A stretch of 64,000 bases of DNA from positions 16,549,840 through 16,613,839 of the forward strand of contig CAVNZM010000001.1 in the NCBI GenBank assembly GCA_963693365.1, written 5' to 3'. A program made the position numbers and the translations under genes. Under the pieces are notes generated by a model. It was not told where the DNA came from, ran no database searches, and saw only the letters and a program-made list of their open reading frames with translations. Below, in pieces: positions 55,218 through 64,000 of this stretch; within the stretch, counting starts at the first letter, position 1, and every line of letters starts with the position of its first letter. Source of the DNA: Amoebidium appalachense. Taxonomy: Eukaryota; Protista; Ichthyosporea.

Positions 55218-56645
55218 GTGTGTAAGTGTGCACGCGTGTGCGTGTCCGTGTGTGCGTGGTGGGGGGGGGGGGGGGGTGGGGAGGAGGGGACGGCAGGTTT
55301 AGGGGGGGGGGGGGGGGGTGCAAGCAGAGCATGGGGAAGGAATGTATGTGGCTGATGAGGGGCGAGGGGGGGGGGGGGGGGGGGGGGAGGATCCTGGGGG
55401 TTAGCAAAAGAACACTAAGAAGTAACAAACATGAGGCCACACTCCTGTTCAAAGGCCGGTTGGTTTAAACCGCAGGCTAGTGGGGTGAGGGGGCGGTGGG
55501 GGGCGAGCGGGGGACTGGGGAAGGAAGGGCGGGGGGAGGGGGGGGGGGGGGGATAGGGGGGGGGGGGGGGGAGGGGGGGGGTGTCTCACCGTTGCGCTCA
55601 AGATGGAAGTGAACTGTATGGGACACACAGTACCCTTCGCAGCAGGTGACCAGGTTTGCGCACAGGAACTTCTTGCATTTGTGAACCTGAGTGTGTGCAG
55701 GAGGGGCCCAGGGGGGGGGGGGGGGAAGGGGGGAGGGGGGGGGGGGGAAGGGGGAGGGTGTGTGTGTAGGGGGGAAGAGGGGATGGCCCAGGAGAAGTGA
55801 GAGGAGAGGAGGGAAGGGGAAGTATTGGTTGGGGACGGGGGGGGGGGGGGGGGGAGGTTTAGGGCGGGGGGGGGGGGGGGGGGGGGAGCAAGATGAGAGT
55901 GGGAGAAACGTCAGAAAGACAACTCGGGTTCAGACCGTGTAAGGGGGGAAGGGGGAGGGGGGAGGGGCGGAGGAAAGCTGGTGGGGGCGAGGGGGGGGTA
56001 TATGCGAAGAAACAAGAGACAGAGGTGAGGTGCAAGACTGTGGGGAGCTAGAGTGTGAGTATCCAGGCACAAAGATGTCTGCTCGTCAGGGTGACAATGT
56101 GTGTGAGTAGGAGAGATGGGGAAAGAGGGGACCAATGTGAACCTGGCCATAGCCTCCTCCGGTCCCAAGTTGTGCCTGGTGCAGCACACACAGACCACCT
56201 TCCTCCGTTGCTTTCTTCTTGCACTGAGTGGCGTTGTGAGGGGGTGCACTGTACCCTACGCATTGTCCAAAACTCGACGGTTCCCGCTGCACGGTAACGC
56301 CCTCGACCTGGGGAGCCCGGACACAGAGGCACGACAGCCATTTGTCTGCGCCGATGTCCGTGATGAGCTGGCGAGCAACGGCGGGTGTGATGACGCGGTT
56401 TTCTGGTACAAGCGGGTGAGAGGCCGGCGGGGAGGCCCTAGCGGGGGTGGGGGCTTGAAACCCAAGTTGGCGATTTGGCCTGCCGACTTGATCAGGTGTT
56501 GTTGAAACAAACTGAAGAGGGCTTGTTGTACCGAGAGGAATTGAAAGAGTCGAAATGTTCAGGCCATTTTGGATTTTCACGACCAACTCATCAATTTTTA
56601 CTCAACAACTACCTTTTGTTGCGCGTCTGCTGGCGAATCGCTCAT
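55030..56645 (-). CDS. Transposon-borne ~199-aa protein with two Cys/His zinc-finger-like motifs, 5 exons
   Basis: Exons 56645-56613, 56511-56143, 55686-55590, 55476-55443 and 55096-55030 have matching phases (600 nt). Motifs: CVGYSAPPHNATQCKKKATEEGGLCVLH and CKKFLCANLVTCCEGYCVSH. Confidence 0.6.
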
Positions 56646-56850
56646 GTTGAAGGTTATACTATGGCGGAGAAACGTAAGGGAACGACAGGGAAAGGTTCGG
56701 GTATGCTTATATAAGAATTACTAAGTGAAGGCTGTGTCTAGCTACTTTGACCGCCCGGTAACTGTGCTTTTTGCAAAGAACAGACCGGACCGAAACGAAA
56801 AAAGGTTGGATGTACGCCCATTGAAACGGCCTTGCTGCGCTCGCCGCATT

Positions 56851-57823
56851 CCTGAATGAGATCCACCAATGGCCAGCGGCTTTGGCACAGATCGTCATGA
56901 CCAGTACCCAGTTTCCCGGATGTACATTCGCTGAATGCTCAAAAATGCAAAAACGTGCCCAACCCGAACGTTTTTGTACGTTTTTGTATATACTGTTGCA
57001 TTCCAGTAAATTTGTAACACCGTTTTGGCCAGTTTTCGTGCCATTTTTTTATTTTTCATTCTGCGAACAGTCGATTAGAACGTTTTTGTACAGGATTGAG
57101 CACGATTCGAACGCAGCTCCGCCGCGCCGGCAGGGGAGGAGCTGGGGCAAGGGAGGAGCTGGGTGCCAATGGCTATCCACAAATGTTCTGATTGAACATT
57201 CCATGAACACACACGGATACGCGCATCGAGTGAGGCTGAGCAAGGCAGGTTCGCGTGACGGTGGGAGTAGTACGTAATATATATATATATATATATAGTA
57301 GCTTTATTGCGTCTACTGCGACCGCCTTGTAACGCTGTGCTGGTTACAACAAACGAGAAAAGAAAGAGAAGAGCGAAATTATACCCCACATGTACACCGC
57401 GGATATGCCACCATGATCCTGAGTGAGATCCACCAATGGCCAGCGGCTCTGGCACAGATCGTCATGACCAGTACCCAGTTTCCCGGATGTACATTCGCTG
57501 AATGCTCAAAAATGCAAAAAAGTGCCCAACCCGAACGTTTTTGTACGTTTTTGTACATACTGTTGCATTCCAGTAAATTTGTAACACCATTTTGGCCAGT
57601 TTTCGTGCCAATTTTTTATTTTTCATTCGGCGAACAGTCGATTAGAACGTTTTTGTACAGGATTGAGCACGATTCGAACGCAGCTCCGCCGCGCCGGCAG
57701 GGGAGGAGCTGGGTGCCAATGGCTATCCACAAATGTTCCGATTGAACATTCCATGAACACACACGGATACGTGCATCGAGCAAGGCTGAGCGAGGCAGGT
57801 TCGCGTGACGGTGGGAGTAGTAC

Positions 57824-57875
<52 letters not shown>

Positions 57876-58300
57876 GCTTTATTGCGTCTACTGCGACCGC
57901 CTTGTAACGCTGTGCTGGTTACAACAAACGAGAAAAGAAAGAGAAGAGCGAAATTAAACCCCACATGTACACCGCGGATATGCCACCATGATCCTGAGTG
58001 AGATCCACCAATGGACAGCGGCTCTGGCACAGATCGTTATGACCAGTACCCAGTTTCCCGGATGTACATTCGCTGAATGCTCAAAAATGCAACAAAGTGC
58101 CCAACCCGAACGTTTTTGTACGTTTTTGTATATACTGTTGCATTCCAGTAAATTTGTAACACCATTTTGGCCAGTTTTCGTGCCATTTTTTTATTTTTCA
58201 TTCTGCGAACAGTCGATTAGAACGTTTTTGTACAGGATTGAGCACGATTCGAACGCAGCTCCGCCGCGTTCGCCGCCGCCGGCAGGGGAGGAGCTTGGTG
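56851..58300. repeat. ~570-bp tandem repeat, 2.5 copies, with variable (TA)n
   Basis: Units start at 56851, 57418 and 57993. The (TA)n tracts at ~57277 and ~57825 differ in length. Confidence 0.92.
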
Positions 58301-59218
58301 CAACTGAATATCCATCAGTGCAAACGAGTGCTCACGCTGAATACACGTTGAACGTGCCATGAACACAAACGGACACCGCCGATATATATATAGCTTTTTA
58401 AAGCACCCAGGCAAGGGAGAGCGACAAAAACCACTGCGTAGATAACTAAAAAAAGGGGGGGATGTGCTAAAAAGCTAAAATATAGATTGAATGTTTTAAG
58501 AAGGTTTATTTGAAACACTGTATAGACATCAACAAATTTTATTATAAATGTTTGACGGTATTATTTGAAATACGCAGGTATCGATACCCTTCAATAAATA
58601 TAAAAGCCAACTCTGTTTGCAGCTCGCGGCGAAATGTAAAATATGAAATAAACAGCAAAGAGCTCAAATATTGATTAATTAGCAAGGCTATAATATAGTA
58701 GTGAGCACGAAAAAAAAATATATATCCACGGGTTTTTAATACTACGTCATGTGGAGTGCTAATATGTGCGCAGGTATACGCACAATTAGTAGTGGTGGGA
58801 ATACTGGCTTTATATAGGGCAAAAACATCCTCGGTCGTTGTGATTGTGGGAAATATTTGGAGACTTTTGATTGGACGAATATCCCTGAACATCGTCGCCT
58901 TGTGAACACATCATGTATTCGTGAATACACTGTTGAGTGCCTACGTGCTTGTTTGGAGTTCTGTGACGTGTGTCTGTATATGCGTGTGTGTGTGCGCGTG
59001 CGTGCGTGTGTGCCTGCGCGCACGTGTGTGTATGTGTTTTGTGTATGTGTGTGTGCGTGTGTGTGTGTGTGCGTGTGTGTGCGTGTATGTGTGTCTGTGT
59101 GTGTGTGCGTGTATGTGTGTGTGTGTGCGTGCGTGTGTGTGTGTGTGTGTGTGTGCGTGCGTGCATGCATGCACGCGTTTGTGCGTGCGCTGTGTGGCTG
59201 ATGCACACACGGACATAT

Positions 59219-59264
<46 letters not shown>

Positions 59265-59595
59265 GCGCACACACGCACACACGGGTTATACAGTCCTTCG
59301 ATTTATTTTGAGATCGTAAAGGGGCATTCATGCTGTTACAAACTTTACGGTACACAGTTTCGGTTTCCTTCATTCTATGGGTACGAACATTCAAACAAAC
59401 AGGCGGCACAATGTAATACTCATCGTCCTCTTAGGTTATGACTATTCACGTATAGTTACTGAACAGTCAGTTGAACAACACACGAACACACACACTTCTT
59501 TATCGGGTCCTATCAATATCACACACACACACACACACATCAAATAATGCAAGCCAAGGAGATTGATGATTACACGTGCACGACCAATTACATAC

Positions 59596-60045
59596 TCAGC
59601 TCTGGCGCTCAGTCACAGTCCCCAGGTAGATAAACCTGTTTACATAGAAATCATTGGGGCCCTTTCCAAACCTAGGAACCACGTGCACGAGCCCTAGAAT
59701 CGATTCCACCTCTATGCATTCGTAATGGTCTACAAGAACCAGCTTTTCACACCCACACCGACAACACATCCCTTTCTTCTCATACCACTGAACGAATGCA
59801 AAGCACCTACGTTCTCCCTCGTGCATGCATTTAAACAAACACAAGACCCGCGCATACCACTCGTCCTTGTTGCCTTGGTCGTCAACAGCATCCACCTGAA
59901 TGCTGTCGTAGCGAGGGCTCCCATAGAATGAGTCCGATGCCACCACCCGGAAGTATAACTTGCTTCCCTCCTCTCTGATGTGGATGGACCGGTAGACGTG
60001 TATCTGGGCAAAAGGTTGTTGGAAGGGTTTTGTGTGTGTGTGCGT

Positions 60046-60086
<41 letters not shown>

Positions 60087-61436
60087 GGTGATGAGAACAT
60101 GTAACACAAGGAAAAAGGGGGGTGGGGGGGAGGAGGGGGGAGGGAGGATGGGGGAGGGGGAGCAGGGTGAGGATAGGGATGAAGGAAAGGCAGAGTGGGT
60201 GGGGGAGGAGAGGTGGAGAGAGGGAGAGGTGCCCTGAAAAATAACACACCTGATTCTCGTCAGGGTTGGGCATCTGGTCCCGACGCAGCCGTGCCCCGCC
60301 AGGCCGCTGCTCTGGTGGGGTTAAAGCCCACTGTAGGCGGGCCGGAAGTTGCTTCAGTTGAGGATGCTTCTTGACGGACGCATGGTAGTTCCCGTTCCAT
60401 CCAGGATAGGTCTGGTCAAGTTGGCGTAGGAAGACCGGCTTTGGTTCCTTACCTATCAGAAAAAGGTAGAAAAAGGTATAGTGTGTGTGAGTGGTTATGT
60501 CGGTTTGTTATGTTTTCCGTTTGCTGGGGATGGAAGGGGGGGGGGGGGGGGGGGGGTCTTTGCGGTGTAAAATTGTTTGCGCGATATGTTGCTGCATGCT
60601 TAAACAGTTTGTGCAAGCCCCCCTAGGCCGTGGAAAGGTTGTGGTCGTGTATGCTGGTGGGGGGAACGGTGCACTATGCACGGGAAGTCCTTAGTTGCAC
60701 TGGGGGGGTGGGGGGGGGGGGGGGGGGGAGGGGGGTTCAACCCTTCGAAATTGCCATCAACTATACGAGTGTATTCAATGGTATTACCCTGTGCCTAGAT
60801 CAGAGTGTTCACGTGTCCTAGGATACTAATGTAATGGGTACGAACACCTTGTTGGTAAACGAGGATGATACGTTAACACCCAATTGGAACACCCACGAAT
60901 ACATTCGTACATCGATTGGACAGTTGGTCGTCCGACCCAGCACCACGTGGAGGTAATAAATCAAAAAAGACCACCGATGCACATGTCTCTGTGTGTGTGT
61001 GTTGGGGGGGGGGGGGGGGATATTCTTTATGGTTAACTGGGTAAGGGGGGACTGCACCGATCAGGATGAAATCCTCCCCAAGCTTCTCTGCAATGGCCTC
61101 TTCTTGTGCTGCAACAGCCAGTGGGTCCTCCACAACACCACTAGGGTCCTCCACCTCACCTCTGTCCAAGAGGTTACTGTCAGCCAGGCTGGAGAGGAAT
61201 GCCATAGCCTCGTATCTTCTGATGTTCTCCACCATCTGTTGTGTGTGTACGAAGGTGTGTGTGTGTTGAGGGGGCAAGGGGGGAGGGTGAGTGTTGGGGG
61301 AAGGGGGTGGGGGGGGGGGTTGTGGGGGGGGGGGGGGGGGGGAGGGGGGGAGGGAGAGAGGAAGGGGGAGAGTTAGTGAATACGTGAGAAACGAAGGGTG
61401 TGATCCATAGGGTAGCAGGCAGATGAGGTGGGGGAG

Positions 61437-61470
<34 letters not shown>

Positions 61471-61684
61471 CTGATTTACCTGGCTTTCAAAGGTGATGGT
61501 GTTCTTGTTAGTGGACTTGTATGCCACCTTCGACAGCTTGTGGTGGCGCTCTCCACCCTCAGCTGACTCGAATGCCCCAAACTCCTTTGTGGCCAAGGAG
61601 TAGTGCTTGCCGACGTGGAACTTTATGAAGTTCATCTCTGATGGGTTGCAGCCCTTGAAGGTCTTTTCCATGCGGTCACAGAAC
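59596..61684 (-). CDS. Plavaka-type transposase, C-terminal four exons (5' part beyond the window)
   Basis: Exons 61684-61480, 61235-61058, 60452-60250 and 60003-59596 have matching phases. Motifs: NFIKFHVGKHY…KEFG…EGGERHHK…KVAYKSTNK…QMVENIRRYE, and C-terminal BAH-like YARVLCLF…FAFVQWY…IEVESILGLVHVVPRF…FYVNRF. Confidence 0.8.
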
Positions 61685-61732
61685 CTGTATGCAGATTGAT
61701 TTGCACTAATAGTCACTGCATGCTCACTCACT

Positions 61733-62414
61733 GCATGCTGGTGGGGGGCATGGTGCATTACACGTGTGCCATGCACGGGAAAGCAACAGATGCAATGGGG
61801 GGGGGGGGGGGGGACGGGGGGGGGGGGTCTTTGCGGTGTAAAATTGTTTGCGCGATAATTCGCTGCATGCCAAAACAGTGGGTGTAAGCCCCCCTAAGCC
61901 GTAGGAAGGTTGTGGTCGTGCATGCTGGTGGGGGGCATGGTGCACTACACGTATACCATGCACGGGAAAGCAACAGATGCACTGGGGGGGATGGACGGGG
62001 GGGGTCTTTGCGGTGTAAAATTGTTTGCGCGATAATTCGCTGCATGCCAAAACAGTGGGTGCAAGCCCCCTAAGCCGTAGGAAGGTTGTGGTCGTGCATG
62101 CTGGTGGGGGGAATGGTGCACTACACGTATACCATGCACGGGAAAGCAACAGATGCACTGGGGGGGATGGACGGGGGGGCTTTGCGGTGTAAAATTGTTT
62201 GCGCGATAATTCGCTGCATGCCAAAACAGTGGGTGCAAGCCCCCCTAAGCCGTAGGAAGGTTGTGGTCGTGCATGCTGGTGGGGGGCATGGTGCACTACA
62301 CGTATACCATGCACGGGAAAGCAACAGATGCACTGGGGGGGATGGACGGGGGGGGTCTTTGCGGTGTAAAATTGTTTGCGCGATAATTCGCTGCATGCCA
62401 AAACAGTGGGTGCA
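61733..62414. repeat. ~176-bp tandem repeat, 4 copies (extra diverged copy at ~60550-60710), intronic in the transposase
   Basis: catgctggtggggggcatggtgcactacacg… recurs at ~61734, 61921, 62097 and 62272. Confidence 0.92.
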
Positions 62415-62765
62415 ACGTTGTGTTTTTTTCGTGTGACCCTCGCACTCCAGGGGCACATTCCCCATCCCCCCCATAAACTGTGTGGTAACTTTCTCGTGCT
62501 AGAAGCTGTTCTGTGGGTAGTTATTGAAAAAACCAATAATGTGTAAGCAACGCATGTACATATACTATGCTACAAGGGGGGTTCTATTCGAGCTACAACC
62601 GTGTGTTTTTTTCGTGTGACCCTCGTACTCCAGGGGCACATTCCCCATCCCCCCCATAAACTGTGTGGTAAATTTCTCGTGCTAGAAGCTGTTCTGTGGG
62701 TAGTTATTGAAAAAACCAATAATGTGTAAGCAACACATGTACATATACTATGCTACAAGGGGGGA
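62415..62765. repeat. Two inverted units of the ~185-bp satellite found at 35785-38337
   Basis: Reverse complement of …cccacagaacagcttctagcacgag…tgtgcccctggagtacgagggtcacacgaaaaaaacac. Confidence 0.92.
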
Positions 62766-62769
62766 CGTG

Positions 62770-62804
<35 letters not shown>

Positions 62805-63020
62805 CGTAGTGGGGAAGGAGGGAAGACAGGGGGGTTGGGGGGGGGGGGGGGCGGGGGTTGGGGGGGGGGGGGGGGGCGGCAGACACGTACGTTCTGTAAC
62901 GCTCCTTCATCTCGTTGAGTGAGTCCTTTTTTATAATGTATTTCCGTTTATATATTTACACATAATCGCCACATGCATTTACCGGTGCGCCATGATAAAC
63001 ACATGGCCGGCTTATCATTG

Positions 63021-63056
<36 letters not shown>

Positions 63057-63146
63057 CACACACAGCATTCGATACCGTCCAATCTTGCTCTTCCCAAGGC
63101 ATCCACATGCTCGCACACAATGCAGAAACATGCACTCACACACACG

Positions 63147-63188
<42 letters not shown>

Positions 63189-63387
63189 ACACACACACAA
63201 ACACACAACACACACACACACACATACAGAGAGACACACACACATATGCACACACACGGTGCATTTCCTCCCCTCCCATTCCCTCTCCACAGAGCACACA
63301 CACACACACACGTGCACACATGCACACACATGGTGCATCCCCCCCCCCCCTTCCCTCTCAACCGAGCACATACACACACACATACAT

Positions 63388-63422
<35 letters not shown>

Positions 63423-64000
63423 CACACATGCACACATGCACGGACACGAATCCCCCCCTTCCCCTTCCCTCTCCACCGAGCACATGCACACATGCACAGA
63501 CATGCACACACACACACACACCACACACGACGCACACAGACATGCACACACACACAAACACACAACACACACACACACACATACACACAGACACACACAC
63601 ACACACACACACACATACATGCACACACACGGTGCATTTCCCCCCTCCCCTTCCCTCTCCACAGAGCACACACACACACACGTGCACACATGCACACACA
63701 CGGTGCATCCCCCCTCTCCCCCCCTGCCCTTTCAACTGAGCACATACACACACACAGACATGCACACACACACAACATACACAGACATCCACACATCAGA
63801 CACAGACACGCATACACACACACACACAGGCACACACACACACATGCACATATGCACACACAGACACACACACATGCACATGCACACTCACATATGCACA
63901 CACACACACACACGCAAACACACACACACACACACACATACAGATATGCACACACACACACTGTCTCTCTCTCTTTTCTCCCTCCCTCCCACCCTCCCTC

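Larger units (their letters stand above)
54362..64000 (-). mobile_element. Plavaka/CACTA-like DNA transposon, one end (continues beyond the window)
   Basis: The terminus CATCAGCAAAC matches that of the 32751 element and is followed by ~570 bp of GAATAT/GAATAC subterminal repeats. It contains a Plavaka-type transposase and tandem arrays. Assigning all of 54.4-64 kb to one element is inference. Confidence 0.6.

Overview
Eukaryotic genomic DNA from an intron-rich genome packed with long poly(C)/poly(G) tracts and (CA)n/(GT)n microsatellites. Nearly all Pro/Gly/His-Thr/Cys-Val ORFs in the supplied track are simple-repeat artefacts. Gene content (OCA4-type phosphatase, Plavaka transposase, animal-like tRNA-Asn) suggests a unicellular opisthokont, possibly an ichthyosporean; this is inference only. 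Left part (1-26 kb), genes spliced by hand with consistent exon phases: the 5' end of exportin-5 (minus) lies head-to-head with an OCA4-like pseudophosphatase (plus, 6 exons, tRNA-Asn in intron 3). Next come a 17-exon bacterial-type (glyQS) glycyl-tRNA synthetase (minus) and an orphan 7-8 TM protein (minus). Right part (25-64 kb) is a transposon nest: a MITE, a decayed LINE with an intact RT ORF, two chromovirus Gypsy copies, a related deleted Gypsy, a PIF/Harbinger element, a 9.3-kb CACTA-like TIR element with a ~185-bp satellite, and a Plavaka/CACTA-like element carrying a zinc-finger gene. Best candidates for novelty: (i) a family of 5'-truncated, structured retro-insertions that target poly(C)/poly(G) tracts (three copies in three GlyRS introns, one with a 15-bp TSD); (ii) poly(C) tracts placed just after 5' splice sites; (iii) a UGA plus pseudoknot gag-pol readthrough signal; (iv) a four-level TE nest whose left halves were removed by a transposon-bounded deletion.
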